A DNA stretch of 32,000 nt from contig JAIUPJ010000001.1 of the NCBI GenBank assembly GCA_020160975.1, positions 180,001 to 212,000 on the forward strand, in the 5' to 3' direction. This stretch comes from Candidatus Saccharimonadota bacterium. Its GTDB lineage: Bacteria > Patescibacteriota > Saccharimonadia > Saccharimonadales > Saccharimonadaceae. The notes beneath the pieces are model-generated. The model did not search any database. It was given only the letters and a program-made list of their open reading frames with translations, and was not told the DNA's origin. Shown here one piece after another: positions 17,961 through 25,366 of this stretch. A program made the position numbers and the translations under genes. Position 1 is the stretch's first letter; every line of letters begins with the position of its first letter.

Positions 17961-19667
17961 TTGCTGGTCGTTGCCTTATTTTTGCTGTGCGCACTCCTCA
18001 CAGGACTGGCTGTCGCCACCTATTTACACCCTCAAACTGCCGCTCTTTACAAAGTTTCTATCCCTCTCATTCCTGGTGGCGTTGCCCTCAGTGGTTTTGT
18101 GCTGTCCGGAGCAATACTATGGCTGTCGCGCACTCCTCATATTGGCCATTCAGGTCAGTCATACCGTGAACTTGCGAGTGAGCTAAGCCAGATCGCTGGC
18201 AAATCGGAAGTGGTGATTAACGCCATCAATGACGGAGTGATCGCTCTTGATGGAAAGGGGAATATCCAGCTCATCAATCCCGCAGCTCAACAGCTGCTTG
18301 GGTGGACCAAACAAGATGCAATGGGACTTGCGTATCGATCGATCATCAAAATTCTTGACACAAAAAATCAGCCAGTCGCAGACAATAATGATCCGATTAC
18401 CCAAGCGCAGTTCAAAAATCAAGTCGTCAAAAACGATTCATTTAGCTTGCAAACAAACTCTGGAAAGTCATTTTTGGCTGCCATTTCTGTTTCACCAGTA
18501 GGACAGCCGGGGAGCGGGGTGATCATAGTATTTCGCGATATCACGAGCGAGAAATCCGACGAGCGTCAGCGTGCTGAGTTTATCAGTACCGCCAGTCATG
18601 AAATGCGCACGCCAGTTGCTAGCATCGAGGGATATCTTGGTCTCGCACTCAATCCCGCTACGGCGACTATTGATGCAAAGGCGCGCGACTTTATCACCAA
18701 AGCCCACGAAGCTGCTCAGCACCTTGGCCGACTCTTTCAGGATTTGCTTGATGTCAGCAAAGCTGACGACAGCCGTCTCAAAAATGATCCATCCGTAATC
18801 GATATCGTGCCGTTTATTCAGGGTATCGTCGAGGGGCTCACGCCAAAAGCCAACGACAAGGGTCTGCGCATTCTCTACAAGCCGATGCCCGAGACAGGCA
18901 AAGATGAAGGACGACGCCTTAACCCTGTCTACTATGTCAATGTCGACAACGACCACCTCCGGGAAATAGCCGACAATCTCATCGAAAATGCCATCAAATA
19001 TACGCCAAAAGGCGATGTGATCATCGATGTCACAGGAGACAACAGCAAGGTTGTTCTCAGTATCGCTGACACAGGTATTGGTATTCCGCGGGAAGATCAA
19101 GCGCATTTATTTCAAAAGTTTTATCGCGTGGACAACAGAGACACCCGTGAAATTGGTGGTACTGGTTTGGGATTATACCTCTGCCGCCGTCTCGCCGAGG
19201 CGATGGGAGGGCGCATCTGGGTCGAGAGTGAATACAAAAAAGGTAGCACGTTTTTTATCGAGCTTCCTCGTCTGGCGCATGATGAGGCAACCCGCATGAT
19301 CGAACAGGCGAGTGTTGACGCAGAAAAACAGATGAGTGCCGAGCAAGCAATTGCCGCAACCGATGCGCAGATGAGTGCCGTAGAGCAGCAGCTCTCAGAT
19401 CTATCGTTTACAATACCGAGTATGCCCGAACCTGCACCATCGGCTGCGGTTGTCGTCGAGACAGCGTCCGCACCGATTGCCTCAGTAGTAACACCTGTTA
19501 TTCCAGCACCCCCGCTTCCCGCGCCGTCTACCAACCCGCAGGGGCCCGTCGCTTACCCGCACGCCACCCCAGCGCCTGTTAACACGCCGATTAGCGCGAT
19601 AGAAGCAAACCCTGGCCAGTTTACCAGGTCGCCGCAACCGGGTATTTCGGTACCGCCACGACAGTAA
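17961..19667 (+). CDS. PAS-domain sensor histidine kinase with a Pro/Ala-rich C-terminal tail
   Basis: Two TM segments. PAS region VINAINDGVIALDGKGNIQLINPAAQQLLGW. HisKA motif ASHEMRTPVASIEGY. HATPase motifs NLIENAIKYT, DTGIGIP and GTGLGLYLCRRLAEAMGG. The start is uncertain: TTG at 17961, with the frame open from 17901. Confidence 0.88.
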   Translation: MLVVALFLLCALLTGLAVATYLHPQTAALYKVSIPLIPGGVALSGFVLSGAILWLSRTPHIGHSGQSYRELASELSQIAGKSEVVINAINDGVIALDGKGNIQLINPAAQQLLGWTKQDAMGLAYRSIIKILDTKNQPVADNNDPITQAQFKNQVVKNDSFSLQTNSGKSFLAAISVSPVGQPGSGVIIVFRDITSEKSDERQRAEFISTASHEMRTPVASIEGYLGLALNPATATIDAKARDFITKAHEAAQHLGRLFQDLLDVSKADDSRLKNDPSVIDIVPFIQGIVEGLTPKANDKGLRILYKPMPETGKDEGRRLNPVYYVNVDNDHLREIADNLIENAIKYTPKGDVIIDVTGDNSKVVLSIADTGIGIPREDQAHLFQKFYRVDNRDTREIGGTGLGLYLCRRLAEAMGGRIWVESEYKKGSTFFIELPRLAHDEATRMIEQASVDAEKQMSAEQAIAATDAQMSAVEQQLSDLSFTIPSMPEPAPSAAVVVETASAPIASVVTPVIPAPPLPAPSTNPQGPVAYPHATPAPVNTPISAIEANPGQFTRSPQPGISVPPRQ

Positions 19668-19719
19668 ACATAAGTGCTATGGTATTTTTTACAAACACCA
19701 TCTATAATTATGGACATAT

Positions 19720-20664
19720 ATGACAAAGATACTGCTAGTTGAGGACGACAAAAGTCTCCGTGAGATCTATGGAGTCCGACTCTTGGCTGAAGGCTATGAT
19801 ATTGTCTCAGCAGGGGATGGGGAAGAGGCGCTTGCAATGGCCATTAAAGATCGTCCAGATCTCATCTTGAGCGATGTCATGATGCCAAAAATCAGCGGGT
19901 TTGATATGCTCGATATTTTGCGCAGCACGACAGAGACAAAGACCATAAAAGTTATCATGATGACGGCACTTAGCAGTGAAGAGCAGCGCCAGCGCGGGGT
20001 GGCCCTCGGAGCCGATCGTTACCTTGTCAAATCACAAGTCGGCATCGAAGATGTTGTGCGCGCTGTCCATGAGGTTCTTGCTGATGCCCCCGTCAGCAGC
20101 AGCCCGTCTGCTCCTGCGGCCACGGTACCGCCACGACAAGCTTCTCCTACCCTCACTCCGTCTGTACCGTCATCACCTGCAAATACCTCTGCTTCTGCCG
20201 CTTCTGCGTCATCACCCTCGCCAGTAGCGCCCACCACGCCATTGCCCGTTACAGCACCCCAGCCTGGGCCGAATCTAACGCCACCTCCTGCGGTCGCTCC
20301 AACTGTACTACCGACACCTACCGCACCTATCACCGGTTCCGTTCCACCAGTTCCTCCATCTGTTACACCGACCGAAAGCTTCACACCCGCCGCTCCCAAG
20401 CAGACACTCGCAAGTCGCGTTATTGAGCCACTACCACCAACCGGGCAGAGTTCCCCTGATTTTGGAAATCTCATGAGCCAAGAGTTGTCGCAGGCCGCCC
20501 CGGTGCCAGCTAGTGACAGGCAACCCAGCGCAACTACTCCTCCTCCCACCCCTCCATCTGCCATGCCTACGGGTGTACAATTTGAGGAAACACCTCTCCC
20601 GATGCCACCGGCTAGTCCGAGCGCTACATCATCTCAGTCACCAACTACTTCAGGCGCCGCCTGA
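19720..20664 (+). CDS. response regulator: receiver domain plus a ~190-aa Pro/Ser/Thr/Ala-rich tail, no recognisable output domain
   Basis: ILLVEDD, DLILSDVMMP and VIMMTA..YLVKS receiver motifs, followed by low-complexity sequence through to the stop. Confidence 0.85.
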   Translation: MTKILLVEDDKSLREIYGVRLLAEGYDIVSAGDGEEALAMAIKDRPDLILSDVMMPKISGFDMLDILRSTTETKTIKVIMMTALSSEEQRQRGVALGADRYLVKSQVGIEDVVRAVHEVLADAPVSSSPSAPAATVPPRQASPTLTPSVPSSPANTSASAASASSPSPVAPTTPLPVTAPQPGPNLTPPPAVAPTVLPTPTAPITGSVPPVPPSVTPTESFTPAAPKQTLASRVIEPLPPTGQSSPDFGNLMSQELSQAAPVPASDRQPSATTPPPTPPSAMPTGVQFEETPLPMPPASPSATSSQSPTTSGAA

Positions 20665-21366
20665 TTGTATCCTATGTCCGACGATGCAACTCGTCTCAAC
20701 AAATATCTAGCATTAAAGTTGGGCATTTCTCGTCGTGAAGCCGACAATCTCATTGAAAGTAATCTCGTCACAATCAATGCCTCGCCGGCCGAATTGGGCA
20801 GTCGTGTCACGCCGACCGACACCATCGAGGTGGCGGGCACCACGCTGCCACAGGGCCAACCAGATTACATCTACATGATAATAAACAAACCCACAGGCTA
20901 TGTCTGCTCGCGGCGCTCACAGGGGGATATCCCGACAATTTACGCACTAATTCCGCCTAACTACCACGCCCTCAAGCCCGTTGGTCGCCTCGACGCCAAC
21001 AGTTCGGGTATTTTGCTGCTGACCAACGATGGCGAATTTGCTTTTCATATGACGCATCCAAAATTCCACAAAGTCAAGGTATACAAGGTTCGCCTCGACC
21101 ACGATCTCGAACCACTCCACCAGCAGATGATCGGTGAGTTCGGTGTTGATCTCGAAGATGGTCGCAGCCAGTTGCAACTGATGCGGCTCAGTGATACCAA
21201 CCGTCAAGAATGGCAAATTACTATGAGTGAGGGGCGCAATCGTCAAATTCGACGCACCTTTGCTGCTCTTGGTTACAAAGTAGTGCGACTTCAACGCACC
21301 AACTTCGGACCGTATAGTCTTGGAGATACAAAAAAAGGCGAGTACAAACTCACCGAAAAAAGATAA
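20665..21366 (+). CDS. RsuA/RluB-family pseudouridine synthase
   Basis: S4 domain RLNKYLALKLGISRREADNLI and catalytic VGRLDANSSGILLLTNDG. TTG at 20665; the first ATG at 20674 is an equally plausible start. Confidence 0.88.
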   Translation: MYPMSDDATRLNKYLALKLGISRREADNLIESNLVTINASPAELGSRVTPTDTIEVAGTTLPQGQPDYIYMIINKPTGYVCSRRSQGDIPTIYALIPPNYHALKPVGRLDANSSGILLLTNDGEFAFHMTHPKFHKVKVYKVRLDHDLEPLHQQMIGEFGVDLEDGRSQLQLMRLSDTNRQEWQITMSEGRNRQIRRTFAALGYKVVRLQRTNFGPYSLGDTKKGEYKLTEKR

Positions 21367-21405
21367 GAGCGGGAGCCACGCGCATTACGCGCGCAGCCCC
21401 CGCTC
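21367..21405. terminator. GC-rich imperfect hairpin between convergent genes
   Basis: GAGCGGG...CCCGCTC outer stem enclosing a CGCGC/GCGCG inner stem. Confidence 0.45.
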
Positions 21406-21468
21406 AACGTGCCGACGAGAAGGTAGTCACCCCCAGGGACGCAACATCTCATCGCCAGAGTTGTCGTC

Positions 21469-21804
21469 CTAACGACGCATGAACATGTCGGCGGGCTCAA
21501 GCCGCTGCTCATGGAACATGGTCACCGCCACACCCTGAAGGAGCGTGTAGTCGATCAGGTCGCGCTCCACCTCTGGGAGCTCACGACCGGTCGCCACGAT
21601 GATGACATGTCCTCCAGCGACGAAGACCTCGTCCTGCTTGGACTCGAAGTCCCCGAGCAGGTCGAGTGCCGAGTGCGGCAGCAGGTCGATCTGCAGTCGC
21701 CGGCCGCAATCAGCCTCATCCAGCAACACCGGGCGCTTCTTCATCCACGACCACCGGCGATACCTTCTGGCGTCTTCCTTTGTGAAAATCACGATGTCTG
21801 CCAT
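21469..21804 (-). CDS. GC-rich orphan hypothetical protein (111 aa)
   Basis: The ATG at 21804 is preceded by AAGGAGG with a 9-nt spacer. G/C-rich third codon positions. Confidence 0.65.
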   Translation of the reverse strand: MADIVIFTKEDARRYRRWSWMKKRPVLLDEADCGRRLQIDLLPHSALDLLGDFESKQDEVFVAGGHVIIVATGRELPEVERDLIDYTLLQGVAVTMFHEQRLEPADMFMRR

Positions 21805-21832
21805 CAGACACCGCCTCCTTTCGTCTCTCATC

Positions 21833-21847
21833 GCTGCACGGTGCAGC
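21833..21847 (-). promoter_or_regulatory. 5'-UTR hairpin GCTGCAC-C-GTGCAGC (ACCGU centre)
   Basis: Perfect palindrome between the -10 box and the SD of ORF 21469-21804. Confidence 0.6.
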
Positions 21848-21859
21848 AACGCTAATTTG

Positions 21860-21868
21860 ATTATAGCA
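21860..21868 (-). promoter_or_regulatory. extended -10 TGcTATAAT for ORF 21469-21804
   Basis: The minus strand reads TGCTATAAT. Confidence 0.55.
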
Positions 21869-21920
21869 TAATATTCTTACAAAGTCAATTATGCCTATGC
21901 TCGCATCAGAGGTGATTATC

Positions 21921-21929
21921 TGATATACT
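21921..21929 (+). promoter_or_regulatory. extended -10 TGaTATACT, 9 nt before the der ATG
   Basis: Sequence match and position. Confidence 0.5.
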
Positions 21930-21938
21930 TAGCTCATC

Positions 21939-23513
21939 ATGGCCACCAAACTTCCTACCGTTGCTATTATCGGACGCGCCAACGCGGGCAAAAGCTCGCT
22001 GTTTAATCGTATGGTGCGCTCGCAACAGGCCATCGTCGCGCGCGAAGCCGGTACCACCCGCGATAATGTGATCGGGAAGGTTGCCTATCGAAGGAGCAAG
22101 GCGCAAGCGGGTGGCCCAGAAGGGGGGGCTCCCGCTGAGATAATCACCAAAGGTGATTTCGAGGATGGGGAGAAGTCTAGAGCCGAACCCGCGTCTAGCG
22201 ACCTACGTGAACGCTCTGAAAGAATTTTTGAAGACGACAGGAGCGGCAAGAAGCACGGCGGAGTAAATTCTGAATTTTGGTTGGTTGATACTGCAGGCCT
22301 TAAGGATCCTGATGATGAATTTGAAGCCACTATCCAGCACCAAATCGAAGAAGCCGCCGACGCCGCCGATGTGATCTTGGTTGTTGTCGATACCACTCAG
22401 TACCCAAGCGACGAAGATCGTACCGTCGCTAAAAAGGCGTTAAAGAGCAAAAAGCCCGTCATCCTCGTCACCAACAAAGCCGATTTGCGCGACAGCCTGC
22501 CCGACGACGAATTCCGCCGTCTCGGTATAAAAGATATTATCCGTACCAGTGCCGAGCACAATAGTGGCGTCAGTGACATCCTAAACCGGCTGGCCGAACT
22601 GCTACCACCGGCTGTCGAGTCTGAGCCCGACGACGTCTTACGTATCGCGCTGATTGGCCGTCCAAATGTTGGCAAAAGTAATCTTTTCAACCGCCTGGCT
22701 GGCAAACAACAAGCCATCGTTGCCAATGTCGCCGGCACAACCCGCGATCTAAACCGCGTGCAAGTAAATTACCACGGCCAAACTATCGAACTCATAGACA
22801 CCGCCGGCGTTCGCCGCCAAGGCAAGCAAGAAGTCGGCATCGAGAAATTCTCCGTCCTGCGCACTCTTCAGGCCATCGAAGAAGCTAACATCTGCTTCCT
22901 CCTGATGGACGTCAACGAACTCAACGTCTCACTCGACCAGCGGCTTGCGGGCATCATCAGCGAAGCAGGCAAGGGCCTTGTACTTGTCGTCAGCAAATGG
23001 GACAGCGTAGAGGGCAAAGACGCCTATACCCGCGACGCCTTGGCACCAAAGATTGCCTACAACTTTGACTTTGTGCCGTGGGCGCCGCTGATTTTCACCA
23101 GCAGCGTGACTGGTCAAAATGTCACGAAGCTCTACGACCTCGCGCTTGACATCATGAAACGTCGCCAGCAGCCGACAAAGACACGCGTGCTAAATGACTT
23201 GCTACAAAAAGCAGTCGCCAAGCATCCGCCAGCTGGTCTCAAGAATTCCCACCCGAAACTTCGCTACATGGTCCAAACTGATGACACTCCTCCATGGTTC
23301 GTGATTTACGGATCAAATTTGAAATATGTCCACTGGAGCTACAAGCGCTATCTCGAGCGACTGGTGCGCGAAACTTACGACTACTCTGGCACCCCAATCA
23401 AGTTCAGCTACCGCGACGAAAAACAGATTAAGATGAACAAAGAACGTGTAGCAAAAGGACTCGAACCAGTCACAAAAGCTTACAAGCAGCGCAAAAACGC
23501 CGAACAGCAATAG
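21939..23513 (+). CDS. der: ribosome-associated GTPase Der/EngA (two G domains plus KH-like domain)
   Basis: GRANAGKSS and GRPNVGKSN P-loops, DTAG twice, NKAD and SKWD. Has a basic C-terminal tail. Confidence 0.92.
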   Translation: MATKLPTVAIIGRANAGKSSLFNRMVRSQQAIVAREAGTTRDNVIGKVAYRRSKAQAGGPEGGAPAEIITKGDFEDGEKSRAEPASSDLRERSERIFEDDRSGKKHGGVNSEFWLVDTAGLKDPDDEFEATIQHQIEEAADAADVILVVVDTTQYPSDEDRTVAKKALKSKKPVILVTNKADLRDSLPDDEFRRLGIKDIIRTSAEHNSGVSDILNRLAELLPPAVESEPDDVLRIALIGRPNVGKSNLFNRLAGKQQAIVANVAGTTRDLNRVQVNYHGQTIELIDTAGVRRQGKQEVGIEKFSVLRTLQAIEEANICFLLMDVNELNVSLDQRLAGIISEAGKGLVLVVSKWDSVEGKDAYTRDALAPKIAYNFDFVPWAPLIFTSSVTGQNVTKLYDLALDIMKRRQQPTKTRVLNDLLQKAVAKHPPAGLKNSHPKLRYMVQTDDTPPWFVIYGSNLKYVHWSYKRYLERLVRETYDYSGTPIKFSYRDEKQIKMNKERVAKGLEPVTKAYKQRKNAEQQ

Positions 23514-23531
23514 ATAATTTAGAGCATTTTT

Positions 23532-23561
23532 TACCCCGGCCTTCCTAGGAAAGCCGGGGTA
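23532..23561. terminator. hairpin between der and the convergent two-gene mini-operon
   Basis: TACCCCGGC / GCCGGGGTA, a 9-bp stem that can be extended with one mismatch. Confidence 0.55.
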
Positions 23562-23606
23562 TCTTCTCCTTTCGGATCTGAGGTGACGACAAGAGGGTTC
23601 TTGCCA

Positions 23607-23777
23607 TCAATTGCGGGTGAGTAGGGCATTGAAGAATACGAAGACATTCTTCACCCCGTTGAACGCAAAGTCCAGCACCGGGCCGACCTTGCCTGCCGTG
23701 TCATCAGGGGAGGTCAAGACGGCGTAGATGAGGAGCACTACAGCAGCCCATGCAGCGATCTTCTTGGTAGGCGGCAT
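23607..23777 (-). CDS. GC-rich small membrane protein (56 aa), second gene of the mini-operon
   Basis: Hand translation gives MPPTKKIAAWAAVVLLIYAVLTSPDDTAGKVGPVLDFAFNGVKNVFVFFNALLTRN. GGAGG lies 7 nt upstream. The ATG is 1 nt after the upstream TGA (TGACATG). The ORF is below the length cutoff of the supplied track. Confidence 0.55.
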   Translation of the reverse strand: MPPTKKIAAWAAVVLLIYAVLTSPDDTAGKVGPVLDFAFNGVKNVFVFFNALLTRN

Positions 23778-23778
23778 G

Positions 23779-23961
23779 TCACCGCCTCCCAGGCCGCTTC
23801 ATCGCCGAGACGGTCAGCCTGGCGATGTTCCAGGGGAGGAGTAGCGAGGCCATCGCTACGAGACACCCACCTGAGGTGGTCGAGCCATACTGTATGGCAC
23901 CGGTCTGGTAGCCACGCGTGGTCTTGCGCCTCCCAGTACGAGGGTTGTCTTGTACTGCCAT
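23779..23961 (-). CDS. GC-rich small basic protein (60 aa) with one hydrophobic segment, first gene of the mini-operon
   Basis: The ATG at 23961 is preceded by GGAGGTG with a 4-nt spacer. Confidence 0.55.
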   Translation of the reverse strand: MAVQDNPRTGRRKTTRGYQTGAIQYGSTTSGGCLVAMASLLLPWNIARLTVSAMKRPGRR

Positions 23962-23984
23962 TGTTCACCTCCGTTATCAGGAGC

Positions 23985-24001
23985 GAGCACACGGTGTGCT
24001 C
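23985..24001 (-). promoter_or_regulatory. 5'-UTR hairpin GAGCACAC-C-GTGTGCTC (ACCGU centre)
   Basis: Perfect palindrome immediately downstream of a TGaTACAGT -10-like box (24010-24018, minus strand). Confidence 0.6.
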
Positions 24002-24056
24002 ATTCCTATACTGTATCATATTTTACATATTTATTCAAGTGTTTTATACTAGAGAC

Positions 24057-24620
24057 ATGAAAATAATCATTGGCCTCGGTAACCCAGAAGCTCGCTACAC
24101 TGGTACACGTCACAACGTGGGCTTTGCGGTGCTTGATCACTTTGCATCAACCCATCGTGCTATCTGGAAACAATCCACCAAGTTCAAAGCCTCTACCGCC
24201 GAACTTTCGATAGCAGGGGAAAAGATCACCCTGGTCAAGCCCACGACGTTTTACAACCTCGTCGGTGAGTCTGCTCGCGCTATTATGGATTTTTACAAAC
24301 TGACACTAGCAGATGTGCTTATCGTCCACGACGACCTAGCGCTCCCACTTGGCACTATTCGTACCCGTGTGGGCGGTAGCGATGGTGGCAATAACGGCCT
24401 CAAATCATTGGCTCTACACATTGGCACCGAGACGGCACGCCTGCGGGTTGGTGTCTGGACGGACGCGCATCATGCTACCGACAAGGTGTCAGTAGTACTA
24501 GGGAAGATTAGCAAAGACGAGCAAGCGACGCTCGACGCACAGCTACCAAAAGCAGCGAAGATTATCGAACAATTTGCCACTGGCGACTTCGAGTCAACAA
24601 CCCACCGCGCTTCCACATAA
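24057..24620 (+). CDS. pth: peptidyl-tRNA hydrolase
   Basis: MKIIIGLGNPEARYTGTRHNVGF and HDDLALPLGTIR. TATACT lies 6 nt before the ATG at 24057. The longer ORF from 23961 would run through promoter DNA. Confidence 0.92.
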   Translation: MKIIIGLGNPEARYTGTRHNVGFAVLDHFASTHRAIWKQSTKFKASTAELSIAGEKITLVKPTTFYNLVGESARAIMDFYKLTLADVLIVHDDLALPLGTIRTRVGGSDGGNNGLKSLALHIGTETARLRVGVWTDAHHATDKVSVVLGKISKDEQATLDAQLPKAAKIIEQFATGDFESTTHRAST

Positions 24621-24626
24621 AAATAA

Positions 24627-24650
24627 CCCCACCTCGATAAGGAGGTGGGG
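24627..24650. terminator. terminator hairpin CCCCACCTC / GAGGTGGGG
   Basis: 9-bp perfect stem. On the minus strand it is followed by TTATTTTT, so it acts as the terminator of 24718-25284. Confidence 0.65.
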
Positions 24651-24651
24651 A

Positions 24652-24668
24652 CGAGTGACGGTCACTCG
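24652..24668 (-). promoter_or_regulatory. 3'-UTR hairpin CGAGTGAC-C-GTCACTCG (ACCGU centre)
   Basis: Perfect palindrome between the stop of 24718-25284 and its terminator. Confidence 0.55.
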
Positions 24669-24717
24669 GTTCGTATGTGGAAGCACCCATACTGAAGTGA
24701 TTGTCGCGAGTGGGCGC

Positions 24718-25284
24718 CTAGCTTTCGCGACCGGTGTAACAACTTCCGGACGACAAAGTCTGGTTGTCGAAGACCCGAGCGTTGCCAAAGACCAGAGCGC
24801 CGCCAGAGACCCGAGCGTTGCCGTAGACCCGAGCGTTGTCGTAGACCAGAGCGCCGCCAGAGACCCGAGCGTTGCCGTAGACCCGAGCGTTGCCAAAGAC
24901 CAGAGCGCCGCCAGAGACCCGAGCGTTGCCGTAGACCCGAGCGTTGCCAAAGACCATGGCAAAAGGGCCAACATAGGCCGACTCGGCCACAAACGGCTTC
25001 GACCGGTCGTATTTATCCTGCTCGAGCGGCACCCAGCCGCCACCGTTGCGGTGGCGACGCAGTACCTGGCCGAGGTAGACAAGCCGGTCATTCGCGATCT
25101 GATACTCGGTGAAGGTGGCGCCCTCCCACTCGCCGATGACCTTGCTACCGAGCGAGCTTTCGCTCACCGGCTGCTTCTCGAGCAGTGCCTGGACCTCTGC
25201 GGCGCTAAGGTCGCCGCTAGCGAGACGCCTCGCGACCTCGGCGACGAGGTTGAGAGGAGCCCTTTCCGAAATGTGCTGGCTCAT
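24718..25284 (-). CDS. GC-rich orphan protein: ~100-aa N-terminal domain plus hexapeptide-repeat (beta-helix-like) C-terminus
   Basis: AGGAGG lies 6 nt before the ATG at 25284. The C-terminus is (Y/F)GNARV-(Y/F)GNARV-SGGALV repeated. Confidence 0.7.
   Translation of the reverse strand: MSQHISERAPLNLVAEVARRLASGDLSAAEVQALLEKQPVSESSLGSKVIGEWEGATFTEYQIANDRLVYLGQVLRRHRNGGGWVPLEQDKYDRSKPFVAESAYVGPFAMVFGNARVYGNARVSGGALVFGNARVYGNARVSGGALVYDNARVYGNARVSGGALVFGNARVFDNQTLSSGSCYTGRES
24772..24951. repeat. tandem repeat: ten 18-nt units arranged as a 54-nt period (about 3.3 copies) inside the CDS
   Basis: Units are GACCCGAGCGTTGCC(GTA/AAA) and GACCAGAGCGCCGCCAGA, in the order P Q P P Q P P Q P P, counted by hand. 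Confidence 0.9.
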
Positions 25285-25315
25285 CGTGAGCCTCCTGTTC
25301 TACCTCAAATCACCA

Positions 25316-25330
25316 ATACGACGGTCGTAT
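25316..25330 (-). promoter_or_regulatory. 5'-UTR hairpin ATACGAC-C-GTCGTAT (ACCGU centre)
   Basis: Perfect palindrome 31 nt upstream of the ATG at 25284. Confidence 0.6.
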
Positions 25331-25366
25331 CAAGTGAGCTATCGTGAAATAGCAGTAGATATTTTT

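Noticed and set aside
20019-20564. 181-aa Gly-rich ORF on the minus strand
   Set aside because: It is the antisense reading of the Pro-rich tail of the response regulator (CCN codons read as GGN).
23738-24019. 93-aa minus-strand ORF overlapping the 60-aa ORF
   Set aside because: It would start inside the promoter/hairpin region without an SD. The alternative frame has GGAGGTG-N4-ATG and couples to the downstream ORF.
24772-24951. Regular short repeats considered as a CRISPR array
   Set aside because: The units are contiguous 18-nt repeats with no unique spacers, and they sit in frame inside a CDS. This is a coding tandem repeat.
24574-25347. 257-aa plus-strand ORF across the repeat region
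   Set aside because: It overlaps the end of pth and has no promoter or SD. The minus-strand frame has a consensus promoter, AGGAGG-N6-ATG and G/C-rich third positions.
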